64,000 bases of DNA, from contig NC_087437.1 in assembly GCF_036321535.1 (NCBI RefSeq), positions 42,224,001 through 42,288,000 of the forward strand, given 5' to 3'. Under the pieces are notes generated by a model. That model was not told the origin of the DNA. It did no database searches and saw only the letters and a list, made by a program, of their open reading frames with translations. The first letter of the stretch is position 1. Every line of letters starts with the position of its first letter. The translations under genes and the position numbers were made by a program. The DNA comes from Camelus dromedarius (Eukaryota). Positions 37,512-50,095 of this stretch are shown here, one piece after another.

Positions 37512-40500
37512 CTAAAAAAGAAATGACAAAGAATTATCAGCACTTGTCAAACTGCTTCTCAAATACACTGCTGTTCACTGCTTTTGTCAATCAAGCATCG
37601 TGATCACACTGGACTTCCAAAGTCGATTAGATGGGTTTTCATAAAACCAACCTACATTTAAGTATGATGATCAGACTACTTCAGCGTATGTTTAATTTGA
37701 AAGTAATTTAGATGGGAAGATTAAGCAGCCACTTAGGCTATAATTTATCAGCACCTCAGAAGTAGTTTCAACTAGAATATAACATATACTACAAATGGTT
37801 CAACTGGAATATAACAAAGTGAAGATTCTGGCCCTTTTCCAAAAATTAAAATAAAAATAACAAATATGGACTTGTAATACTCCTCCTGAGTCATCCAAGT
37901 GCACAATAACAGGTACTGGCAGATTTCCATTCTGAGTTATATATAGAAACAATCAGAGTGATACCAGCTGGCGTTATCTCAATTATTTTTTCCTCTTTGC
38001 TGGCTGCTACCTATTCTCAAGGAGCACTGCTGCTAACAACTGTCCACAGATGCTACCCAAACTGGGATCCAAGAGTCATCACCCCTGTATCCCAAAAGGA
38101 ACATGAAATGACATAATTGTCATGATGAGCATAGATGAGCATATAAGTCACTGATTCATTAGATCATAATAAACTAACATTTTTCAACCACCATCCAAGA
38201 ATACAAATTCAACAAACTAGTCTTTAAAAAATCAGCTCACACTTCCTAGGATGCTTCCGTTGGCTGTTAAGATTAATTATATGCTTTCATCAAGCAAATA
38301 TGGCCAGGGACAAGGTACTGCCCTACAGGGGCTTCAAAGATTAATCACTGATTACTATGAATGAGTCCTCAACAGACTTACAGTTTTTAGGGACGATATA
38401 AATTAGAAAATGAAATTTTACCTATGAGAAATAGAAACAAAGGGTGATGAGTGTTCAGGGAGGGAAAGGTTCCTATTGGTTGAAGAGCTGAGGTCAGGGG
38501 AGGGTTTGTACTAAGGCCCTTTCATCCACTTACTCCAGCAAATCAAAGTGCCCATCACATCTGTGCCAGTACTCTTCTAGGACCATGGAGAAAGAATTAT
38601 AAACAAACAAATGCAAGGAAGCATCTGAGGTGCAGAATAATTATCTGAATAGGGGGAGGATAGGAAGGCTTGGGGCCGGACAGAGAAGGGCATTCCCAGA
38701 AATCTAGAACAATGTCCCCGAGGCAGGATGCACAGAGCCTCTCTGGGGCAAGGCATCAGAGGAGTTCAGTTTCAGGCTTGAATAAGGAGTTAAACTACAG
38801 AGGATTTGCGTGTTAGGCTAAGAGATTTGGATTTTACAGACATGGAAGATTCTGGAAGGTTTTAAACAGGGAAGCAAAAAGATATGCTAAATTGACTCGT
38901 AGTAAGTTTTGATGGATAGAAAGTGAGATGGCTGGAGATTGGCAAGTTATCAGACGATTATAATTGATCAGGACTGAGAACAGGAAACTTTACTCTAGGC
39001 TAGTCGAAGAAGAAACTGAAAGGGGGTGATAAAATTTCACAGGGACAGAAATGAATGGGAATGAGAATTTCTCCATCTGTCTGGAATTGTTCACTTATTT
39101 TGGATAAGTGGGCATTTGTACAATACTGAAGACCAAACACACCACAGGGATGTACAATTACATGTTACTCTCATGATGCCCAGCTTTCAAGGTTGATGTG
39201 TCCATTTACTTTTAACCTCCATTGTTAAATAATTCATAATGCCTTGACTGCTCCTAGATCTTAACACTTTGTTTTAAAATATTCAACAACAGAATTCAAT
39301 TATAAAAATCTCGCATTTGAGGTCATTGAAAGGATAGGGGAGAGCCTAGATTTAAAAGCAAATTCTAAAGAGAGGAAATTTCCTACGGAGTATGGCAAAC
39401 ACTTCCTGGAAAAGAAGCCTTTGAATGTGTATATTTGGGTGTCACGGATACTTCTTGGTATACTGAGGAGTACATGATTTCTACACCCCACTTGGATGAA
39501 TACAAAAGAATATTTTTCTTCCAACACTGAAAATTGTACATATTTCTACTGTAGAGCATGGATCTGGAGTTCCTCATTAGATGAGATGGAGTGTTTGACA
39601 CTCCTGCTACTGCTTCTGCCTACAAGTAAATGACCAGGAAGGATGCCTGGACCTGGGAGAAGGTCTTGGCTTCATATTGAATAAAGCCTATTTAATAAAG
39701 GATGGTGGGGGTATCAAGTACAAGGGAGTTTTTTGTATTGGAAAAGGATAGCTGAAAAGTAGGATGACATCATTAACGAAATATATGTTAAAAAAAACTG
39801 TTTCTCTTTTGCCAGGCTGGTGTGCCCCAGGACTGTATGTCTCTGGTACATGCATTTGGGCCCGAACGACCATGAGTATGGGAAAATGGGGCTATGATGA
39901 GCCAAATGCAAAGAAACAGCAGATTGAATTCATCAATTGTATTTACTTACATATCGATTCAAAATATATGCATTAAGCAATTTCTGCGTAGACAGAGATT
40001 GTGGTGGCACATTATTAATGCACTTCCACTGAATTTGTGTGCTTCAAAATGGTTAATGGTATATAGTGTGAATTCTTCTCAATAAAATACACACAGATAT
40101 GTGTTCACCAAAGACGGTGCAGGTAAGGGCCTGGGGGTAAAAGAGAATCTACTAGGCTGGAGGCATAGAGTTAAGTCTAGGTACAGAGAGGTGAGAGAAA
40201 TAGCCATGTTTTCTGTCTTTGTGAATCTTCAGTAGAGAATCAGCAAACAGACAGAAAAAAAAGAAAAGAAAAGAAATGAACAAGACGAGTGTGACAGCAA
40301 CAAGGGGCAGGGGATCTTACTTAGAATGTTGGCCAGGGAAGTGCTCTCTGAAGAGGTGACAAGTAGGTGATGAGGATGGAGGATGAGAAGGAGCTGGTTA
40401 TGGAAGAAGCCAGGTGGAGGGCCGCGAAGCCAGCCTGGGCAAAAACACTGAAGGCGGCTGCCGACCACACACAGGCAGGTGGCTGAGGTGGGGGGATCAC

Positions 40501-40932
40501 AGCATGAGAATTTCGAGTGGGTAGAGGACTGTTTGGAAAGAGATGATGGAGTAAGATACTTTTGCATAAAGAAATGCTTGGACCCTAGGTGTGGTCAGAA
40601 GCAGAGATGATGGGCAACTTTGGTGCCCTTAATTTTTTCCAGCCACATTCCAGAAAGGATTTAGTTGGATTATTTACTACATGTTCAAAGGCAAAAAATA
40701 AATAATTAAGGAATTGAGGTGAAGGGGAAAATCCACATTGGAAAAGTAAAATTCAGGTGAAATCAAGTTCAGACCATAGGTGGGTCACAGATTCGGTTCT
40801 CAGCTTTCTAGCTGCCAAAGGGAAGAGGAAAATAGAATCAAGTAGCTTGTGACACTGAGCAGCGGCTGGAGGTGGGATGAGTGGATGGGAGGTTGACAGT
40901 AGAAAATTAAAATAACAAACAAAAAATACTAC

Positions 40933-40975
40933 CTGGAATTGTAGGAATGGTTTCCTCATAGGTTCTCAAAATCAT
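40933..40975 (-). CDS. TNFSF10: TRAIL coding exon 3
   Basis: Acceptor TTGCAG|. Encodes MILRTYEETIPTIP plus 1 nt in 43 nt. Donor CAG|GTAGTA. Confidence 0.95.
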
Positions 40976-41351
40976 CTGCAAATAGTATTGAATAAAGCTT
41001 GTTAATTTCCCTAAAAATTTAAGCTGACTACAGATTGTCTATGACTCTTCTTGCTGACACCTGACAGGAAATCTCTACGTAAGACATCAATCTAGGCAGC
41101 TTTAAGTTGTTCAAGCATAGGTTGGTGTGGGGTAGGATGCGAGCTGGGCTGAACACAAGGCAGCTGTCCCTAAGTCTTGATCAAAGGGTGGTCCTCTGTC
41201 TGAGAGAGTTCTGTCTCCGGATGACGTCTACAAAAGGCCACACCTGAAGCAGCACAGGAGGAAGGAGTCATCCTTCTCCAAGTTAGGTCACCCTAATGTT
41301 TCCCAGGCCTCCTGGGGCTGAAGGATGTGGCGGCCATGTGACCTCACTTTC

Positions 41352-42095
41352 TGTGTATGTGTCTGCATGCATGTGTATGTAAGTGCACTGTGTGTGTGTG
41401 TGCACATGTGTGTGTGCATGTGTAAGTGCACTGTGTGTGTGTGTGCGCATGTGTGTGTAAGTGCAGTGTGTGTGTGCATGTGTGTGTAAGTGCACTGTGT
41501 GTGTGTGCATGTGTATGTAAGTGCACTGTGTGTGTGTGCATGTGTGTGTAAGTGCAGTGTGTGTGTGCATGTGTAAGTGCAGTGTGTGTGTGCATGTGTA
41601 TGTAAGTGCAGTGTGTGTGTGCATGTGTATGTAAGTGCACTGTGTGTGTGTGTGCGCATGTGTGTGTGCATGTGTATGTAAGTGCACTGTGTGTGTGTGC
41701 ATGTGTGTGTAAGTGCAGTGTGTGTGCATGTGCGTGTAAGTGCACTGTGTGTGTGCATGTGTGTAAGTGCACTGTGTGTGTGTGCATGTGTGTGTAAGTG
41801 CAGTGTGTGTGTGCATGTGTGTGTAAGTGCAGTGTGTGTGTGCATGTGTATGTAAGTGCACTGTGTGTGTGTGCATGTGTGTGTAAGTGCAGTGTGTGTG
41901 TGCATGTGTGTGTAAGTGCAGTGTGTGTGTGCGCATGTGTGTGTGCATGTGTAAGTGCAGTGTGTGTGTGCATGTGTGTGTAAGTGCACTGTGTGTGCAT
42001 GTGTGTGTAAGTGCACTGCGTGTGTCTGTGTGCATGTGTGTGTATAAGTGTGCTGTGTGTGTCTGCGTTCACGTGTGTGTATAAGTGAGCTGTGT
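41352..42095. repeat. Minisatellite in TNFSF10 intron 2, unit ~27-31 bp: (TG)n-CATG-(TG)n-TAAGTGCA(C/G)
   Basis: 21 TAAGTGCA cores counted by eye, plus 2 degenerate terminal units. Confidence 0.95.
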
Positions 42096-44351
42096 AATAG
42101 AGTCCAGGGGCTTTAAATTATTGGACAGACCCAAGACTCAAGGGGTAAAGCACCCCCCCACCAGGACGCCCACAGACACTCACAGCCCTTCCAGCAGTTT
42201 CCTGGTAGCACCATGTCACTCTCTCATTTCTGAGAATGTGGCTGAGACCTTCTTAACATAGAAGTATATTTTCAAATTCCCATATCTTACTAAACACATC
42301 ATATCACTCTTTTGTGATAACCAGTGGGGGAAACCAGTAAGAAAGAGTGAAATCGAGGCTTTCTGTTATGTGAGAAGACCCTGATGTGGCTCACTGTGGC
42401 TTTAGACTCCCCCTCCACTCAGTTCTGTCAGCCGTGGGGCTTGGCCCATCCCGGCCCACACCTTCCCGGCACTTTTGGTAACAGCACAACTGCCAGAAAT
42501 TCCCTTCCTCTCTGCTCTTGCCCCAAACCAGAGGCCTTTGCTCTTCCCCGTCTCTGGCTCTGACGCCAGATAGCAGGGCCGGGGGTGCTGGGCGGCTGCC
42601 TGCAGTGCAGTGGGCACCGGTGTGCGGGGAGGGGGAGGGGAAGCAAGAGGCAGCCTCTGCACACACGCTCTCTCTCCCCCTCGCCTTGGACAGGAAGAAG
42701 GCAGGAAGAAGGAGGAGCAGGAAAGGGAAGAGGAAAACCCCTGCAGGGTGGAGGCAGAATAAAAGGCTGATCACAGAAAAATCAGATAAGCCTGGATTCA
42801 AATCTGCTCGTTGTTAGCCCTGGGAAACTTCCCTCAAGTGACTTTACTGATGTGAACTTTAATTTCTCCATTTATTATTATTATTTTTTAAAAGAAGTGA
42901 GGAATGATTCCTTCCTCACAAAGCTGTTTGAGGATTAAAGGAGAGAATACACGTAATGGGCACAGGAGGTTTGCTGGAAATTGTTCAATTCGGGGTGCCT
43001 ACAAAAGTGGGGAACTCTTCTCCCCTCCACACTCTCACGCACCCCTGGGTGTCCCCGTGCTCTCTTCTCTAGTTAGTGGCTGATGTGAGGGTGAGAGGGA
43101 GGGGGAATGGGAGGGAGGCAGGACGAGACGCGTGACACCCACCCCAGCCCCCTGCTTCTACCTCCCCACTCCCCGCCCAGCCTCCGGATTTCTGCCATAG
43201 CCCTGACTTTCTCTCCTCTGCCGCCCGTGGGATTGCCACCCCTCTGACCCTAGGGTCTCTGGGGTCCCTTTCCTCAGGACCCTTCCCCTCGGCCCGGGTC
43301 TTTCCTGGTCCTCGGCTCTTGGGCCGAAGGAGCCCCAGCTGCTCCAGCATGTCTCCTGGACAGCCGGCGCCCCACCCACACTTCCAGGGCAGCTGCAGAG
43401 CAGCTGTGCTTCGAGGACACCCAGGTGGGAGTCTGAGTTCATTTCTCATAGAGGCAGTACCACGGGTGACTCTGGGCTTTTGCTATGAGGACTTTTTAGC
43501 CTAATCCCAAACACTGTTTCTATGCAAAGGCACACAGAGCACCAGACAATAGACTTACAATCACCTCTTTAAAACACATCCTCCCCCTACCCTGGGAATG
43601 TCCCCAGTAATTTTTAAACAATGATGATGCATCATAGTTTACAGGCTTTTTCCGCATCTGTGTTCTCAACTGACCTTTCCAGATAGGTAGAAGCAGCCTG
43701 AGAGAAGAAACTCTATTAGACATGCCACATTGCTGGAAGTAAAACTAGGTCATCACATTTAGTGAAATAAACGGCTAGCTAACATAAAGCTTCTGCTAGA
43801 GATCCTATTTTAGCAACTTTCACAAGCAGATAATAATATTGTGTAATTTGTCATTTACTAACTGTCAATTGAGATGTCATCGCCTTCGATTTCTCAAAGT
43901 ATCTCTTTCTTCCCTCTTCCTTTCCTCTTTCTTCATCTCTATATGCATACAAAAATACAGACTTAATTCCAGAGATCAACAATGTGGGAAGAATAGAAAA
44001 CATCATTATTTGGTTTCTTTTGTTTTCTGACTTAGAAAAAAATTAGACACCCTTTATTGTCATGTGACCTTGAACACATTACTCTGTCTGTGCCTCAGTT
44101 TCCACAATGTATGATGAAAAGTTTAGACTAGAGAAGAAGCCTTCTGGAGAAGAGGAATAAACTCTAGACCAGGACCCACTGTTGGGTGCTGTTCCATCTG
44201 TCCCTAGTTCTGTGAATTTGGGGAAAAATCACTTAAAAGCTCAGGGCTCCAGTTTCCTCCTGTGAAGTCTAGATTTGAAGATCTTAAATATTGCTTCTCC
44301 TCCAGCCTTCTATATGTGTCTGCTCGTGAAGCGAGCCGGTGGTTCACCTAC

Positions 44352-44489
44352 CTTTCTAATAAACTGACGGAGCTGCCATTTGACTTGCCAGCAGGGGTTG
44401 ATCATACTCTCTTCATCACTGGGGTCCCAAGAACTGTCATCTTCTTTTAAGAAGCAACCTATGCCACTTTTGGAGTACTTGTCCTGTAT
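44352..44489 (-). CDS. TNFSF10: TRAIL coding exon 2
   Basis: Acceptor ACACAG|. Encodes IQDKYSKSGIGCFLKEDDSSWDPSDEESMINPCWQVKWQLRQFIRK in 138 nt. Donor AAG|GTAGGT. Confidence 0.97.
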
Positions 44490-44674
44490 CTGTGTTGAGG
44501 TGAATATAACACAGTATTACACACAAGTGCTTTTTATTTTTCTTTATGTAGAAGTTTAAATAACAGAAACTGATGACAGATTCAGAGGAGCCTTAGCACC
44601 TTGGATAAGCTCATGGCTTGAAGGAAAAACAAGCATGCTGTCCTTTGCCCTTTGAATAAAAAAAAGCAGTTGGA

Positions 44675-44830
44675 AGAGGGGAGGGTATGGCTCAAGTGGT
44701 AGAGGGCATGCCTAGCATGCACGAGGTCCTGGGCTCGATCCCCACTACCGCCTCCTCCAAAAATTAATGAATAAATAAGCCTAATTACCTTCCCCCCTCC
44801 CCAAAAAGCAAAAACAAATTAAGAAAAAGC
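44675..44830 (+). mobile_element. tRNA-derived SINE (camelid Vic-1-like)
   Basis: GGGGAGGGTATGGCTCAAGTGGTAGAG (A box) ... GGGCTCGATCCCC (B box) and an A-rich tail. TSD AAGCAGTTGGA at 44664-44674 and 44831-44841. Confidence 0.88.
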
Positions 44831-47800
44831 AAGCAGTTGGATATGGTGGAGAGGAAACAGATGTGGGCCACAATGGGTCACAATGCCCTTCACTGCCTCT
44901 GCCTGTGAATATCTGTGTATCCTCAACACATTTCTTCTTCTCCTCCACATCTCTTCTTCATTTGCGTTTTGAGCTGGTTCACTGTGGTCATCTTTGAGGT
45001 CCCTTCCATTTCTGACATAGTGTGAATCCCATTCTACAGCTGGAAACCCACCTAAGTACAAAGGAGGCAGCAGAGTCTGTTTAAATTCCAGGATCCCAAT
45101 AAAAAAAATTAGCCAAACCCTTTGAGGGTACAGATTATGTTCTGTTTCTTGATCTGAGCTTTGGCTGTCTGAGTAGATTCTAGTTATTGTAATTTCTTCT
45201 CCTCTGGATGGCAGAATCCAGACCACACTGACGCTAGGAATTTGAATGTTGCCCAATTAAATGTCCACACCAGCTAGGGATTTACTTGCAGAGACTTGAA
45301 ACACCACTTGAGGTTTTCTCCCTCCTTCTGATCAAGTGAACATTTACAATGGCCAGATCCTTGTCAACAAACTCTGTGCTTAGTGTTACACACACCCCAC
45401 CCCCACCTAAGACCATCCAGAATACTTCAGGATGACAACCCATTCATCTTACAAAGAAAAACAGGATGTCTATGCAAGGTCAGACAGGCTTTTTTTTTTT
45501 TTTTCTTTCCTGTTTTCATTTTTAAAACTAGGATTCAGGAGATGTTATTTCCCTGTACAAATCTACTGAAATGCATTTCTTTGGGGAAATAAATGGGAAA
45601 AGAGCCATTTTTATCTGTTACGTGAATTTAGGGGACCCGAAAGCTTGGAAGAAGGATCAAACTTAACGATGATCTGCTCCTTCCTATAGAAGGACAATCT
45701 CATTCCAAGTCAAAACGACTCAACTGCTTATGAGAGGTTTCAGCTGGACTGATGCGGGTTTGAAGTCGGCCAGGCCACGTACCCTTTGGACATTTGATCA
45801 GGTCTCTCAAGTGTCAAAGTGACAAACCTGAGTTAATTCATTCCTTCCCCACACTCTGGCATAGAACATTCATTTACATTTAAATAAATGTTTGTTTTCT
45901 TCCCTTAATAAATTACAAGAGTAAAACATTTGCCTAGTAGAGGTAGTGGGGGTGACAGCTGGGGCCACCTGAGGTGAGAGGACCTGCGAAGACTTTAAAC
46001 ACCACTCCTTTGTCCCTACCCACCCCCATGCTCTTCTACTGTAGACGTCAGTTTTCATCTGCAAATTATATGGGAGCTTAAAATCCTTTCCAAGGAAGGA
46101 ACTCAATTTAGAAGTAGAAGAACATGTCTAGCAAACTTGGGGAAGGACCAGAGGGGAAGAGCTGGATTTAGCTAAAAGGCCTGAGGGTAGTTCCAGGAAG
46201 AACTAGTCATGGTCCTAGTTAGACATGGTCCTAGCCAGGATAGGGTGTGCCTTGGCCAGGCACTGATCTGATGAAACCGAATAAACAGACTTTAGTGTTT
46301 TGGTAACCCGTTGGGACAAGACAAAGTGCGTGAGACAGAAGGGAGGGAACAACTTGCCTTCTTACTTCCCAGCAGTTGAACGCTGTCTCAACATGAACCG
46401 GGTAAGTGCCTGAGAGGCCAGGCCAGGGGCAGGACAAGGCAGGGCTGAGAGGAGCTGGGATGAGGAGGTCATGGTAGCCAGCAGCCCCCTGTGAAGTGGG
46501 AGTTTGAGAGGGTGGAAGTGAGCAGGGGCCAACGCAGGTCAACTGCTGACCCCTGGATATTCTCTGGGAGTTTTCCAGAAACACTTTCAGGAGGTGGGAG
46601 GGAGAACCTTGAAAACTCAGTAAGGTCCTAGGTATACGTGGCAGGGAGTCTGACGAGCCAGTATGACTCCACTGTTACCCCAGACTTAATGAAGCCTAGA
46701 AGCACTGAGGATACACAGGCAGCCTGGAAAATACAGAAAGTTAGAGAATACTTTCCTAAAAGTACAGACAAAACCCGTGATTCCCCCTTATTCCACCTCC
46801 TTGGAATCACCCTTGGGATGATCTCTCTTGTTCACAGGGTTGAGGTCAGACTGTGTGGGAAATTCTGGAGAGTTATTTTCTCTTAAGGCTATATTAAAAT
46901 GTCATGTGCTTTAGGTCCGTATGAAAAATCACATGGATAGCATAGGTACTGTTACACTGTTCACAGTAGAAAATTTATGAAACATAGAAAAATAAAAAAG
47001 GAAGAAAAGGCCCCTAGGTAGAGATCACAACTGTCGACATCTGGCGTGTCTCCTCCTAGACATTTTTATGCTTCTGTATTGATTTCTGAACCACAGAAGG
47101 CCCCAGCTGCCCGACAGGTTTCACATTTGGTAGTTTCCTCTGCAGACCCTGGCGAATGCAGGTGACTGACGCATGTGTGAGGGGTGCTGTGGTTATTCTG
47201 AGAATAATTAATGATGATTCCTATGATGTGTCTCTCTCACCCTTTTCTTTCCACCTCAAAGTGTGAATGTCCTACAGCACAGCTCAGGCTGGGTCTCTTC
47301 TCTTGCTAACCACATCTGAGAGGTGGGAGCAGGGGGATGTGTGTGCTATTTTTATTTGCACACATCTAGAAGGAGGGACAGCCCCGAGCTATTGCACTGG
47401 GTGCCTGCTCTTCTGTTCCAGAAGCCCTTGGTTCTGAGAAGTGGATTTTCAGTGTTTTTGCTGCCATGGCAAATACGGTGGTTGTCTAGGCCAGGGCCAG
47501 CCAGGCCTTGGCAGCGCTTGAGGTCGGCAGGGTGGATGTGGCTGGCTCAGAGACACGCTCTGCTGCCCAGACATTATTAGTCTCTAACAAATTATTTTCT
47601 GCAAACCACAAATAGCATAAAGGATCATTTATGGAGACCGGTGGATAAGGGTTTCTTTCTTTTTCTTCCCTGTCTATGATGCCACAGTGATAGGCAGTCC
47701 CCTTGTCATAAACTTTCTCAGAGAGACAGACTTCAGAGACTGAATGCATATTTATTGTTAATGCTTGCTGGTTTACAGGCTTAATTGTGAGGATCCAGTC

Positions 47801-49834
47801 CAACATCCCTCAGCCCTGCTCAACCCACACTCCCTACAATCTTTGACCTCTTCTTCTTCTGCAAGTTTTCACTAGACAAACTTGTGATCTGTCTCAAGAA
47901 ATTAATGTTTGTGTTGAATATGCTTTTCCAAACTCTACACAGTTACCCAAAGAGATTCAGATTCATTTTCCTTTGCAAAAGTCCCTGATGAATAGGGTCA
48001 AAACTTCAAGAGACTTCTCAATGCTAGTTACAATGGTGACAACTTATTAAGCACCTATTTAATGCACGTTCAAAATTGGGCTTTACATTTTACCAGCTTT
48101 GTAATCTTGGACAAGTCCCCTAACTTCCCCTAGCCTTAGTTTGTTCATCTATAAAATGGGATAACTATATTTATAGAATTGTCATGAGGAAGAAATAGGG
48201 CAATATTTTGAAAGTTTCTGAAACATAGTATTTGCTCAATATCTGTTAATTCTCTAATACTTTCAATGAATTCTTCTGCATGTCTATACAGTAGTGTACA
48301 CACATATAAACACGCAATCAGGAAAAATGTGTGCAAATAGGGAGATGTTAAGCTTTATTTGAAATCTCCATTTCTATAGTATAGTTAAAAAAACTTAATC
48401 ATATACATGGACAATTGCATGACTCAGATCAGTAGAAAACCAGTTGATTCAGTCTTAAAATGAGGCCAACTTTAATGTGAGCAAATTAGGGGAACCTCTT
48501 GTATATGGAGACACAGACTTAGTCTCTTTATACTGCAAAGTTAACAAAGCTTAGGACATGATGGCTCCAAATTGGTAAACACAGCAGCATTCCAGTCTCT
48601 CCTGCAGACTCAGAACTAAAGACATGATTATAGTGACATGGATTTTTTTTTTCTTACAAATATATGGGCTCTTCAAAATTGCTCTATAACAAAGCTGACT
48701 CTACTGGTCATCGAATGGTAGTGATCATTTTCATAATTACTTGTGAACAAAAGTCTACATCATTCATTTCCAAAGAAAATCCCCAACTGAGAGCCAAGTT
48801 TATACTCCACAGGATATACAAACTGCATTTCCTTTACAGAAACACTCTATTTGTGCACAATTTGTATTTGTCCAAGACCCTCAGCCTTTCTGGCCAGCTG
48901 ACAGATTGGATGCTGCCTTGTCACAATGCAGCAGGGAGCTGTGTTCATCACAAAGTGGAAACAGGTTAACCCTATGGACACCCGGCTGTGATGGGAACAG
49001 CATTACCTAGGTGCTGAAGACCTGGGTCCAGCTCTGCCTCCAAGTTCTCCCTGAGCTTGACAAGTCATTCTCTGGAGGTGTCTCTAGTCTCCTCATCTAC
49101 AAAATGAGGGTGTCAGAGTTCCTTGCAGCTCAGAGTTCCCTACTATATAATATACAACTAGTTAAAATAAAAACAAAAAGCCCAAAACTGAGTTGGCTTA
49201 TTTTCAATATTTTGCATTCAAAATCCACTGAGATTAGCCACATCTGGAACACAAAGCAGCATTGTTACAAGTGGTTTAGAGCCTGGCTTTGGATTAAGCC
49301 TCAACTCTACCCTACCCCTGTGTACTAGCAGTACCACCACATTTGTGAAGGTTGGTTATTCATTCAAGAAACGTTTAATGAACACCTCCTAGGTGGGAGC
49401 CACATGCTAGCACCTAGAGGTTTCACAGTAAGCAAAAGCAGACACAGTCCTGCCCTGATGCAGCTCCTCTCACCCCAGAGAATTTGAGTTGAGAGCTATA
49501 AAAAGCATTAAGCAGAAAACACTCAACGAACGGCAGCAGTTGCTAATATTAAAACAGACATGGACTGCTGGAAACAAGAAAAACTAGCTCAGGAGTTTGG
49601 TGCCTGCATCTGCTGGTAACTGTGGGGCCAGTTTTGTCACTGCACTTGGTCCACACAGTCCCTTCAACTCGCCCCTCTGTAAAGTTCTCAGTAATGACAT
49701 GCATTTAGGGTCCCCAGGCAGAGAAACCGAGCTGTCTCCTCCTCTGCAAAATCTTCACAGAGAAGACGACAGAGAGGCAAGTAAGTGGAGGGCTGCTGAA
49801 AGCCTCTGTCAGGGACCCCGTGCCTGGTACTGAC

Positions 49835-49966
49835 CTGCTTCAGCTCGTTGGTGAAGTACACGTAGGTTATGGCCACACAGAGGGACTGCAGGAGCACGGT
49901 GAAGATCAGCATCAGCACGCAGGTCTGCCCGGGACTGGCGCCCCCCGGAGCCTGCACCGAGGCCAT
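49835..49966 (-). CDS. TNFSF10: TNF superfamily member 10 (TRAIL), coding exon 1 (cytoplasmic tail and TM anchor)
   Basis: ACCATGG Kozak context. Encodes MASVQAPGGASPGQTCVLMLIFTVLLQSLCVAITYVYFTNELKQ in 132 nt. Donor CAG|GTCAGT. Confidence 0.97.
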
Positions 49967-50041
49967 GGTCCCGTCAGGGCCTGACTGCTGCAGAGTCAGC
50001 CAGGCAGCAGGTTATGTCTGGAGGTGACGGAAGAAGTGGGT

Positions 50042-50095
50042 GGGGCGGGGAGCCGAAGTTCAGTCTACTAGAAAAGAATAAAGTGAAACTGAAAG
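50042..50095 (-). promoter_or_regulatory. TRAIL proximal promoter with GC box and ISRE/IRF element
   Basis: GGGGCGGGG at 50042-50050 and AAGTGAAACTGAAAG at 50081-50095, 76-129 nt upstream of the ATG. TRAIL is an established interferon-stimulated gene. Confidence 0.75.

Noticed and set aside
41283..42084. 242-250 aa His/Thr-rich ORFs; also a superficial CRISPR-like periodicity
   Set aside because: The ORFs are open in all three minus-strand frames because of the CA repeat. Units are tandem with no unique spacers, the context is eukaryotic, and there are no cas genes.
44677..44750. tRNA-like A and B boxes (also near 58010-58080 and 63535-63614)
   Set aside because: SINE heads with TSDs and tails, not tRNA genes.
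49688..49834. TRAIL exon 1 read-through giving a 92-aa ORF
   Set aside because: A good donor exists at 49834. There is no support for retention, and the extension has no recognisable features.
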